Below, piece after piece: positions 1-7,961 of a stretch of DNA of 20,101 nucleotides. Under the pieces are notes generated by a model. It did no database searches, had not been told where the DNA came from, and saw only the letters and a list, made by a program, of their open reading frames with translations. The stretch is from Candidatus Dadabacteria bacterium (GTDB lineage: Bacteria > Desulfobacterota_D > UBA1144 > Nemesobacterales > CSP1-2): assembly GCA_040289575.1 (NCBI GenBank), contig PSLL01000001.1:44059-64159 (forward strand), in the 5' to 3' direction. The number at the start of each line of letters is the position of its first letter. Position 1 is the first letter of the stretch. A program made the translations under genes and the position numbers.

Positions 1-402
1 GGCAGGCGATATCATACCCCTACGTTCCACGGTGTTAGCGGGGTGTGGCGCTGCTAATACGAAGATGATATATACGAATATCTGCACGCTCAGAGTTATG
101 CATAAAAACCGCTTATCTATTCTTTCCTTTCTATATATCCTCCTGGTTTACTCCTAGATTTGTTTGTCATCCCATCCTCCTAGCTATATGCATCGAACAG
201 ATACTGTATGGGTTAAGCCCAGTTAAGAATCCAAACAAGGCTGTTCGAGTGCTTACAATGTATACGTTATCATGAATATGAAGTCAATTGGGCTTTAGTT
301 TGACTGCGGAGTTAATTCTTTTATGCCGAACTTACGTTGTTGCAAAGATTCGGTTCATTCGTGGTATATTTAGATGAGCGAAGTTAAGGAGGATTTGGGT
401 CT

Positions 403-2226
403 ATGACCGTAAATGCTATGCCGCTTGTTGTCGGTGCCCTCTGCGTGATGGCAATATTCTATAGGTATTATCACGGCTTTATTGCCTCGAAGGTTGCTGC
501 CCTCGATGATTCGCGAAAGACTCCTGCGCATACTATGTATGACGGCCAGAACTATTATCCTACAAATAAATGGGTTCTTTTCGGCCATCATTTTGCCGCA
601 ATAACCGGAGCGGGTCCGCTGATTGGTCCTGTTCTTGCCGCGCAGTTTGGGGTTCTTCCCGGATACCTCTGGATACTTATAGGTGTTGTAATTGCGGGGG
701 CGGTTCATGATTTTATTATATTTTTTTCATCTGTAAGGCATGGCGGAAAATCTCTTGCAGAGATTGCAAGGATGGAGATCAGTCCCCTCTCCGGAATTAT
801 AGCCTCCATTGCAATCCTTTTTATATTGGTTGTTGCCCTGGCCGGGCTTGGAATTGCCGTTATAAATGCCCTCTCGGAAAGCTCATGGGGAACGTTTACC
901 ATAGGCTGCACAATCCCGATTGCCCTTTTTATGGGGCTTTATATGTATAAGTTCAGAAAGGGAAGGATTGCCGAAGGGACTTTTATAGGAGTGATATTTC
1001 TTATACTTGCCGTTGTGTTTGGGAAAGACATTGCTCACTCATCTTTTGCTCCATACTTTACCCTTCCCAAAACAAAGATAACCCTTTTTATACTCATATA
1101 CGGATTCGTGGCTTCTGTTCTTCCCGTATGGATGCTCCTTTGCCCCAGGGATTATCTAAGTGCATTTATGAAGATCGGAACGATTGCATTTCTCGCAATG
1201 GGGATAATAATAGTCCATCCCGAACTAAAGATGCCGCTTCTTACCAACTATATTCACGGCGGAGGCCCGATAATTCATGGAAAGTTGTTTCCATTTGTAT
1301 TTATAACAATTGCATGCGGAGCGGTCTCCGGATTTCATGCCCTTGTGGCGTCAGGGACGTCTCCAAAGATGGTATCAAAGGAGTCGGACATTAAGACCAT
1401 CGGTTTCACCGCAATGCTGATTGAGGGTTTTATCGGAATCCTTGCATTGATTGCCGCGTGTTCCCTTTTCCCTGCAGACTATTTTGCGATAAACGTTCCA
1501 CCGGGGATATTTGGAAAGCTCGGTCTTAGTGTTGTAAATCTCCAACAGCTCTCTGCAGAAACTGGAGAAAACCTCTTGGGAAGAACCGGGGGGGCGGTTT
1601 CCCTTGCCGTAGGAATGGCGCAGATCTTTACGTCGGTTCCCGGAATGAGGCATCTGATGGATTATTGGTATCACTTTGCGATTATGTTTGAGGCCCTTTT
1701 TATACTCACGACGATTGACACGGGGACAAGGGTCGCAAGGTTTATGATTCAGGAGTTTGGCGGGAAGTTCTATAAGCCATTTGAGAGGGTTGACAACCTG
1801 CCATCCGCCATAGTTTCGACCGCACTCATTACATGCGGATGGGGATATTTTGTTTTTACAGGGAATATAAGTACAATATGGCCTATGTTTGGAACGGCAA
1901 ATCAGCTTCTTGCCGGAATTGCTCTCTGCGTTGGGACAACGGTCATTATAAATATGGGAAGGACAAAGTACGCATGGGTAACCCTCGTTCCGATGGCATT
2001 TGTTATGGCAACGACACTCTCTGCCGGTTGGATGAACATTACTCAGAATTTCATTCCCATGACACAAAAAGAGGGGTTTGTCTTTCAGGGGTATATAAAT
2101 TCAATTCTTACGGCGGCAATAATGATATGCGCGGTTATAATCATTTTAGATTCTTTCAGAAACTGGTATAGGTCTGTATTTATGGAGAAAAAGGAGATTC
2201 TTGTAAAGGAAGTGGTATCGGATTAG
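403..2226 (+). CDS. cstA: Carbon starvation protein A family peptide/pyruvate transporter
   Basis: 607 aa polytopic membrane protein with CstA motifs [39 protein letters not shown] and IWPMFG.ANQLLA. AGGAGG RBS upstream. Confidence 0.96.
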   Translation: MTVNAMPLVVGALCVMAIFYRYYHGFIASKVAALDDSRKTPAHTMYDGQNYYPTNKWVLFGHHFAAITGAGPLIGPVLAAQFGVLPGYLWILIGVVIAGAVHDFIIFFSSVRHGGKSLAEIARMEISPLSGIIASIAILFILVVALAGLGIAVINALSESSWGTFTIGCTIPIALFMGLYMYKFRKGRIAEGTFIGVIFLILAVVFGKDIAHSSFAPYFTLPKTKITLFILIYGFVASVLPVWMLLCPRDYLSAFMKIGTIAFLAMGIIIVHPELKMPLLTNYIHGGGPIIHGKLFPFVFITIACGAVSGFHALVASGTSPKMVSKESDIKTIGFTAMLIEGFIGILALIAACSLFPADYFAINVPPGIFGKLGLSVVNLQQLSAETGENLLGRTGGAVSLAVGMAQIFTSVPGMRHLMDYWYHFAIMFEALFILTTIDTGTRVARFMIQEFGGKFYKPFERVDNLPSAIVSTALITCGWGYFVFTGNISTIWPMFGTANQLLAGIALCVGTTVIINMGRTKYAWVTLVPMAFVMATTLSAGWMNITQNFIPMTQKEGFVFQGYINSILTAAIMICAVIIILDSFRNWYRSVFMEKKEILVKEVVSD

Positions 2227-2236
2227 AAAATCATCT

Positions 2237-2608
2237 GTGATAATCGTAAGGGAAGATGACGGTACAGGAGGCTGTATCTGCTGTTCAGGCGGGATGGGAG
2301 GGTTTGCAAAAAAAGAACACTCCTATGATGGAATTAGAAAGGTAGCCGAAGAGTGCGAAAGACTCCATAGAGAGATTCGGGAGAGATTCGGAGATGACGG
2401 AGTTGATATTATACAGATTGAGCCAAGAGCCTATTTATATCTGATACCTAAGGTCTTAAAAGATATTTTAAAATTTAATCCATCTATACCTTCCGTCATC
2501 CGCACAATATTTCTCTGGTATCCAGTGCCTGTGGTGATTGTAAATGGAAAGCCAGTAGGCACAGGAAGGGTTCCGACAACTGATGAGGTTTTGAGGGAGT
2601 TGAAGTAG
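2237..2608 (+). CDS. Small Cys-rich protein (GGCICCS), probable thioredoxin-like fold, cstA-linked
   Basis: GTG start 10 nt after the cstA stop. N-terminal CxCC and C-terminal PVVIVNGK..G.G.VP, which resembles the cis-Pro/beta-hairpin end of thioredoxin-like folds. The fold is inferred. Confidence 0.65.
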   Translation: MIIVREDDGTGGCICCSGGMGGFAKKEHSYDGIRKVAEECERLHREIRERFGDDGVDIIQIEPRAYLYLIPKVLKDILKFNPSIPSVIRTIFLWYPVPVVIVNGKPVGTGRVPTTDEVLRELK

Positions 2609-2678
2609 CTCATTGCAAAACGCGAAGAAAAAACGAAGCATGGAGATTTGTCATTATAAATTCAATCAGGTTACAGGC

Positions 2679-2893
2679 GTGAAAGAGGTTGATGCCCTCT
2701 ACATTCGCTTTATTGAAACTACTGTTACCACTCAACATGTAGCCGAAGAAATCGCAGTGGACTATGCAGCGGATGGACGCATTGCTGGTATAGAAATCCC
2801 CGTGCTCGCGAACGCTTCGGTGATTCAGATATGTTTCGGCGTGTAGTATTAGAAGACATTACCTTGATAGAGCCTGCTGCATCGGTAAAGTAG
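2679..2893 (+). pseudogene. Frameshifted DUF2283-family protein
   Basis: KEVDALYIRFIETTVTTQHVAEEIAVDYAADGRIAGIEI matches the DUF2283 pattern. After the CCCC at 2798-2801 another frame continues ARERFGDSDMFRRVVLEDITLIEPAASVK* (TAG 2891-2893). The usual MKI.YD N-terminus is missing. Confidence 0.65.
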
Positions 2894-2895
2894 CT

Positions 2896-3825
2896 TTAGC
2901 TCAAATACCCGCCCAGCTTCATTACCTGTTTCTCTGCGTGGTAGGAGCTTCTGACAAGCGGGCCGGCTTCTATGTGCGGAATTCCGATTATTGCCTCCCC
3001 ATATTTCTTTAGAGATTCAAACTCAATCGGGTGGTAGTATCTCACAACGGGGAGGTGATTTATGCTCGGCCTCAGGTACTGACCGATTGTTACAATATCG
3101 CATCCTGCATTTTTTAAGTCCCAAAGCGTCTCAATAATCTCTTCGAGTTCTTCTCCAAGCCCGACCATAAGCCCCGACTTTGTGAGAAGTCCTTCGTGAC
3201 CAATCTCTTTGCTTTTCTCGAGAACTCTAAGTGACCACTCGTATTTTGCCTGAGGGCGCACCGATCGCTTCCTTCCGGATTCGGTTTCTACGGGGATGTA
3301 ATATAGCCTGGGCACTGTTTCAATATTGTGGTTCAGTACATCGGGTCTGGCATCCAAGACCTCTTTGAGGGCCTTTATATCCCCTTTGAAGTCGGGAATA
3401 AGAACCTCGATTTTTATTTGTGGGGTGTATTCTTTTACCTTTCGTATCGTTTCCGCAAATATAACTGCGCTCTCATAGTTCCTGTCATCTCTGTCAACGG
3501 ATGTGATGACAATATGGTTTAGATAGGCATCGTTAAGCGAAAGCTCACTTATAGCCTTTGCCACCCTTTCAGGCTCATTCCAGTCAATCTCGCCGGGCTT
3601 TCCGGTTTTCACAGCACAAAAACCGCAGCTCCTTGTACATGTATCGCCGAGGATCATAAACGTAAGCGTTCCTGCTCCCCAGCACTCCCCGATGTTTGGG
3701 CACTGAGCCTCTTCACATACTGTGTGGAGATTGAGATTCCTCATAAGGCTTCTCAGTCGGATGTAGTTAGAACCCCCGGGAAGCCTGGCTTTAATCCAAC
3801 TGGGTTTTCGTAAGGTTTGACTCAT
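2896..3825 (-). CDS. lipA: Lipoyl synthase
   Basis: Auxiliary cluster motif CEEAQCPNIGEC, radical SAM motif CTRSCGFC, HNIETV, TIGQYL and C-terminal RSSY. ATG 3825 preferred to TTG 3831. Confidence 0.97.
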   Translation of the reverse strand: MSQTLRKPSWIKARLPGGSNYIRLRSLMRNLNLHTVCEEAQCPNIGECWGAGTLTFMILGDTCTRSCGFCAVKTGKPGEIDWNEPERVAKAISELSLNDAYLNHIVITSVDRDDRNYESAVIFAETIRKVKEYTPQIKIEVLIPDFKGDIKALKEVLDARPDVLNHNIETVPRLYYIPVETESGRKRSVRPQAKYEWSLRVLEKSKEIGHEGLLTKSGLMVGLGEELEEIIETLWDLKNAGCDIVTIGQYLRPSINHLPVVRYYHPIEFESLKKYGEAIIGIPHIEAGPLVRSSYHAEKQVMKLGGYLS

Positions 3826-3862
3826 GCTCAATATTATATCCCAGGGCTAATGACGGATAAAG
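3747..3862 (+). repeat. Direct repeat copy 1 (functional lipA promoter plus first ~26 codons)
   Basis: By-eye alignment to 14289-14403 gives 10 substitutions and 1 indel over 116 nt. Confidence 0.95.
3833..3861 (-). promoter_or_regulatory. Putative sigma70 promoter of lipA (possibly leaderless)
   Basis: Minus strand TTTATC-17 nt-TATAAT. The -10 ends 7 nt before the ATG at 3825, and no Shine-Dalgarno sequence is present. Confidence 0.6.
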
Positions 3863-3872
3863 TAAATAATAT

Positions 3873-4736
3873 TCAGATTCTCCCTACCCCTTTTTGTGTC
3901 GATTTTTCCCATTCAACGACCTTAAGGTACTCATTTATATCTATAAGTCTATCAATCTCTTTTGGGTTTGATGGTTCAATTACAATCATCCAGCCTTCTC
4001 CATATGGGTCATAAACTAGAGGTAGCGGATCCTTAATTACGCTCTTATTTACTTCTAAAATCTTTCCACTTAGCGGTGAAGAGAGGTCAACTGTCGTTTT
4101 CTGTGATTCGATTATGCCTATAGTATCACCAGTCTTTATTTCATCCCCGACCTTTGGAAGCTCCACATTGGTGATAAGGGTCAAAAAATCAGACACACGC
4201 TGGGTGATTCCAAGGCGCGCATTTCTACCTTCAATCTTTACCCACCAGTGCTCCTTTGTGTATTTTAAGTTCCTAGGATAATTTTCCGCTTTAGCTTCCG
4301 GGGCAGCTGGGCGTCCCTCCAGGGCCTTTTCCTTTTGTTTTTCTTTCTGAAAGCGGGCTGTCACATCACGAATAATAGCCGCTGCGCCTAACAATTCACC
4401 CGATGTATCGCGCAGGAGGGCGATAGTAAATTCAAGAGAAATGCGCGTACCATCTTTGCGAATAGCCGGCACTGCAAGTAACTCTCGGGCATACCGTGTG
4501 AATCCGGTTTTCATTACGTTGCTATAACCCTCCCAGTGCCTTTCCCTCAGGCGCTCCGGAATAATCAAATCTAGGGTCTGTCCCAATGCCTCCTCGGCTT
4601 GATAGCCAAACATGGCCTCAGCCCCTAAATTCCAGAGGCGAATGATGCCATCCCGGTCTGCAAATATGATTGCATCCTGGGCTTTTTCCACGATTTGTTG
4701 ATATACCCACTCATATTTGTAGTTCTGCATATTCAT
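3873..4736 (-). CDS. PAS domain / glycine cleavage H-protein (lipoyl carrier) fusion
   Basis: N-terminal PAS (DAIIFADRDGIIRLWNLGAEAMFGY...RKDG...IIRDVT) followed by a GcvH-like domain (YTKEHWWV...GIT...VELPKVG...IESQKT...SPLSG...DPYGEGWM). The lipoyl Lys position is retained (ESQK). Confidence 0.88.
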   Translation of the reverse strand: MNMQNYKYEWVYQQIVEKAQDAIIFADRDGIIRLWNLGAEAMFGYQAEEALGQTLDLIIPERLRERHWEGYSNVMKTGFTRYARELLAVPAIRKDGTRISLEFTIALLRDTSGELLGAAAIIRDVTARFQKEKQKEKALEGRPAAPEAKAENYPRNLKYTKEHWWVKIEGRNARLGITQRVSDFLTLITNVELPKVGDEIKTGDTIGIIESQKTTVDLSSPLSGKILEVNKSVIKDPLPLVYDPYGEGWMIVIEPSNPKEIDRLIDINEYLKVVEWEKSTQKGVGRI

Positions 4737-4739
4737 GTT

Positions 4740-5336
4740 TCATCTCTCTATTGCAGAGTTAACCAAACGCCTTAGTACCTCATAGCTTTGAAGTCCGACT
4801 AATCTAGTTTTGTTCATTATAAATTTCGGTGTACCAAGCACACCATAGCTTGCTTTCTCTCTTCGAACTTCCTCCAATCTCTCATGATAAAGGTGTTTGT
4901 CTAATGCCAGATATAGTTCATCAGTATCTAGTCCTAGTTCTTGAGCAATACCCAAAATCACCGGCCTATCTCCTATGTTTCTACGTTCAAGAAAATACGC
5001 TTCAAAAACCATTTTATGAAATGGATCAAACACACCTTTTTCCCTTGCAAATTCTGAGGCCTCTAGTGCAATGTGCGAGTTGGAAATAAAGGAATTAGGT
5101 TTAATTTCAAGGCCTTCTAGCTTAGCAATTAGTCTTACGTTTTCTTCGACCGTTTTCATGTAGTTTTCCCCCAGAAAAGATTTCGGTGCGCCACCTTTGG
5201 GCATATCGGGATGGGTTGCATAGTTTTTCCATTCCACTTCTATATCGTATTCAGTCTGTAATTTTTCTACCCTTTTTAGGGCAAAGAAGCAGAAGGGACA
5301 TATATAATCAGAGAAAACTAGGAATTTTGGTTTCAT
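4740..5336 (-). CDS. DsbA/FrnE-like dithiol-disulfide oxidoreductase
   Basis: FSDYICPFC active site, AYF...NIGD and GVLGTP cis-Pro motif. ATG 5336 (MKPKFLVFSD) preferred to the ORF-track start at 5381. Confidence 0.88.
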   Translation of the reverse strand: MKPKFLVFSDYICPFCFFALKRVEKLQTEYDIEVEWKNYATHPDMPKGGAPKSFLGENYMKTVEENVRLIAKLEGLEIKPNSFISNSHIALEASEFAREKGVFDPFHKMVFEAYFLERRNIGDRPVILGIAQELGLDTDELYLALDKHLYHERLEEVRREKASYGVLGTPKFIMNKTRLVGLQSYEVLRRLVNSAIER

Positions 5337-5346
5337 GTTTTTCTCT

Positions 5347-5664
5347 TTAATGTTTAAATAGACCCGTCTCTTCAGGAGCACCGGGCGGCATAATACCCCT
5401 TCTTATTCGAATCATTATCGGGTCTAGTTGGAACCCATATCTTGTGTAGGTATATTTCTCCGGAACCTCTACCTCGACTGGAACGGTTTCGAGTCCTGTA
5501 TTTGTTGCCTCAATAAGGAGTTTTCTCCTCTTTTCTTCTGAGACGGAATCTGTAATTACAACGAGATAAAAAGCGTCTACTATAGCTATATCTTTCGGTT
5601 CAAGATATTTTTCCGCGACGTAATAAGAGTTATTTCCTACGAGTAGATAGCCCTTTCTAATCAA
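5347..5664 (-). CDS. Hypothetical protein (105 aa)
   Basis: TTG start, co-oriented and closely packed with neighbours (stop 10 nt before the DsbA-like start). No family recognised. Confidence 0.6.
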   Translation of the reverse strand: MIRKGYLLVGNNSYYVAEKYLEPKDIAIVDAFYLVVITDSVSEEKRRKLLIEATNTGLETVPVEVEVPEKYTYTRYGFQLDPIMIRIRRGIMPPGAPEETGLFKH

Positions 5665-5747
5665 ATTTCACCCGTTAGGTCCTCGGGAATTTATTATCTT
5701 CTTTAAAGTTTTCTTTTTCAGCAAAACTCATGTAGATTGCGCTTAGT

Positions 5748-6392
5748 TTATTTTTCTGCCTTATTAGTATCAATGTCATCCGGCAGCCCACGACGGTACT
5801 CTACTTCTTCGATAGGCACTTTATATTTTTGGACGATTTCTTCGTCGCTCAATTTTCTATCATTTGAGAATTCCACTCTGCCCATAGTAAGATAGGCGGC
5901 AAACCTGCGGAGTTCTTCTTCATCCCAGTCGGATTTCTCACCCGCACCGATTGCCATAGCAAGCACCCAGTTCTTTTCATTCTCTTCAAGATTCGGGTCT
6001 AGAGTGATGTTTTTTTGGGGCTCCCATTCTATAACCGCCGCCGCGCGACCTTTATATTGAATTACACGGTGTAGCCTGTGAGTTGACTCTATATTCCAGG
6101 GTGGAAGTTGATACCCATGCTCTTTGAGCCAATTACGGCTGGTTTCGTGAAAGCCTGACAGGTCTGTAGAACTCAGCACCATATAGTGAATATTTCTTCG
6201 GAGCATATTATCTGTTCCGGCAGATATCTCCGCCGAGGTTCTTGTGCCGAAGTGCTCTTTGTACTCATTTAAAAACTCCTGTAGTAGATTTGCATCTGAG
6301 AGTTCCGGGTCATGGCGGAGCATATCTTTAAGCCGATTCCTTAAAGGCTCATAACGCTCATCATCCATTGGTAAATTTGTTTTTTTCTCCAT
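5748..6392 (-). CDS. Protein with a degenerate IrrE/ImmA (DUF955)-like C-terminal domain lacking HExxH
   Basis: ITLDPNL..EKNWVLAMAIGA...EEELRRFAAYLTM...IVQKYKVPIEEVEYRR mirrors the IrrE pattern I.LN.NL...RF.LAHELGH...E.EAN.FAA.LLM...LA..F.VS...V.YR. GGAGG RBS. Confidence 0.6.
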   Translation of the reverse strand: MEKKTNLPMDDERYEPLRNRLKDMLRHDPELSDANLLQEFLNEYKEHFGTRTSAEISAGTDNMLRRNIHYMVLSSTDLSGFHETSRNWLKEHGYQLPPWNIESTHRLHRVIQYKGRAAAVIEWEPQKNITLDPNLEENEKNWVLAMAIGAGEKSDWDEEELRRFAAYLTMGRVEFSNDRKLSDEEIVQKYKVPIEEVEYRRGLPDDIDTNKAEK

Positions 6393-6434
6393 TGATTCCC
6401 TCCGCTTGGTTCTCTAAGAGGATAGATTCGGCTC

Positions 6435-6680
6435 TTAGAGAAGTTCATAAAACACAAAGAGCTCTGCTCCATTTATCTGCTTTTCGATAACCCTTCTCCT
6501 TTTGCCATCGGTTTCTTCCTCTTCGCCGATTTTGATATAGACATACTGGACAGGATGTCTTATCTCTGTTTGAATTTTGTCTGATTCACAAATCCATTCA
6601 ATCTCTTTATTCTCTATACCTGATAATGAGATTCTCTTACTGCAAGCCATTAAAGTTTGACACCTCGGACAGATGGGCAT
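6435..6680 (-). CDS. Small protein with N-terminal CxxC, possible zinc-binding
   Basis: MPICPRCQTLMAC...WICESD; AAGGAG RBS. Confidence 0.65.
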   Translation of the reverse strand: MPICPRCQTLMACSKRISLSGIENKEIEWICESDKIQTEIRHPVQYVYIKIGEEEETDGKRRRVIEKQINGAELFVFYELL

Positions 6681-6724
6681 TGGTCTCTCCTTATAATAAT
6701 GGTTTTTGCCGATTCGTGCCTAAA

Positions 6725-7756
6725 TTACCTTTTAAGCTCTAGGACGGTGGGTTCCGATTCCAAGGATTCGGTCTCTGGGGAAATTACTTCAAACTTAAGT
6801 TGATCACCTGTGTTTTCAACTAATATTTTACTGTTACGCGGTAAAATCTCCTCGATAATCAAACGGGCTAAGGGCTGGTGTAGGTGCTGGCGTAAAACCC
6901 TTTTTAAGGGACGAGCTCCGTATTTTAGATCAAATCCCTTTTCGATGAGAAATTCTTTTGCTTCTTGAGTCAGCTCAGCATGAAAACTGTGGTATCTTCG
7001 AAGCTGTTTATTTAGCTCCTCTATCTGAATATCAAGAATCCGCATGAGATCATCGTGACCCAGCCATTTAAAAACTATGATTCCGTCTATCCTGTTTATG
7101 AATTCGGGCTTGAATGTACGCTCAAGTGCCTCCATAGCAATCTGCTTACGTGAGAGTTCCCAGTCCATTTCGACACTCGTTTCACCCTTGTTGGTTACGT
7201 GTTTTAAAGACCCTTGATAGTCCGCAATTGCCTTTAGGGCTTCAGAGCCAACATTGCTTGTCATAATTATGATAGTGTTTGTGAAGTGGATCTCCTCAGT
7301 CCCGCTCGAGAGACGGAGAAGGGCGTTATCAAAGATCTGAAGAAGCGTCTGATGGACTACTGGATGTGCCTTTTCAACCTCATCAAGAAGAAGAATCCCC
7401 GGCTTACCAAACCTCCCTTCAATCCTGTTTTTATCGAGTATGGTGTTGTTCTCCCTACTTCCGATATACCCGGGAGGAGAACCGGAAAAAGAGGCTGCAT
7501 AATGCCTTTCAGAAAGACCGCTCATATCAACTCTGCAGTATGCACCAGATTCCCCATGAATCGCTTCGGCAAGGGCCTTTACGGTCTCTGTTTTTCCAAC
7601 CCCAGTCGGTCCGAGAAAGAGGAGAACACATAATGGCTTATCCGGTTCATTGAGCCCTGCTTCGGCAATCATCAAGGCTTCTTCTATACGGTTTATAGCT
7701 TCATCTTGGCTGATAATACGATGTCTTAAGTGGGCAATTACCTTTTTGTAATCCAT
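6725..7756 (-). CDS. Single-NBD Clp-type AAA+ ATPase (ClpB D2-like), similar in form and position to P. aeruginosa amidase-operon AmiB
   Basis: Walker A GPTGVGKT, pore loop GSPPGYIG, Walker B LLLDEVEKAHP, FKPEFINRID and GARPLKR. No NBD1 or N-domain. Lies directly downstream of the amidase. Confidence 0.88.
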   Translation of the reverse strand: MDYKKVIAHLRHRIISQDEAINRIEEALMIAEAGLNEPDKPLCVLLFLGPTGVGKTETVKALAEAIHGESGAYCRVDMSGLSERHYAASFSGSPPGYIGSRENNTILDKNRIEGRFGKPGILLLDEVEKAHPVVHQTLLQIFDNALLRLSSGTEEIHFTNTIIIMTSNVGSEALKAIADYQGSLKHVTNKGETSVEMDWELSRKQIAMEALERTFKPEFINRIDGIIVFKWLGHDDLMRILDIQIEELNKQLRRYHSFHAELTQEAKEFLIEKGFDLKYGARPLKRVLRQHLHQPLARLIIEEILPRNSKILVENTGDQLKFEVISPETESLESEPTVLELKR

Positions 7757-7796
7757 AACTCACTCTAAATTCCGCAAGAATTTCATACACAGTAAA

Positions 7797-7825
7797 ATTA
7801 TACCCACACGCCGCTTAAAGGTAAA
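7797..7825 (-). promoter_or_regulatory. Putative sigma70 promoter for the Clp-like ATPase gene
   Basis: Minus strand TTTACC-17 nt-TATAAT, overlapped by direct repeats GTAAAATTAYACC at 7792-7804 and 7821-7833. Confidence 0.45.
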
Positions 7826-7863
7826 ATTACACCTCCCTTTTACACTAGATGTGACAAATTTAT

Positions 7864-7897
7864 CAAAGGGAGTAAGATATAATTCTTACCCCCTTTG
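7864..7897 (-). terminator. Stem-loop downstream of the amidase, probable intrinsic terminator
   Basis: Minus strand CAAAGGGGGTAAGA-ATTATA-TCTTACTCCCTTTG (14 bp stem, one G.U pair), followed by AT-rich sequence. A second small hairpin AACCCC...GGGGTT lies at 7924-7942. Confidence 0.6.
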
Positions 7898-7961
7898 GAC
7901 TCCTACGCCAAGGAAATAATATCAACCCCTATTGTGGGGGTTTATAGAGTTCTTGATATTT

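Noticed and set aside
1..170. Possible minus-strand gene start (open frame RKERIDKRFLCITLSVQIFVYIIFVLAAPHPANT..., signal-peptide-like, with two AGGAGG sites upstream)
   Set aside because: The ATG at 170 is in another frame and stops after 17 codons. There is no canonical start ahead of the hydrophobic stretch, and the window edge prevents confirmation.
3873..4290. Canonical glycine cleavage system gcvH call
   Set aside because: The domain is fused to PAS, diverges at the usual GITD.AQ..LGD segment, and has no gcvT/gcvP nearby.
6368..6378. TTGGTAAATTT partial copy of the enhancer motif
   Set aside because: It lies inside a coding region, lacks the ACCAA half, and has no nearby -24/-12 promoter.
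6725..7756. Truncated clpB pseudogene
   Set aside because: The ORF is intact with all NBD2 motifs, no NBD1 remnant lies upstream, and the amidase-linked position matches a known stand-alone form.
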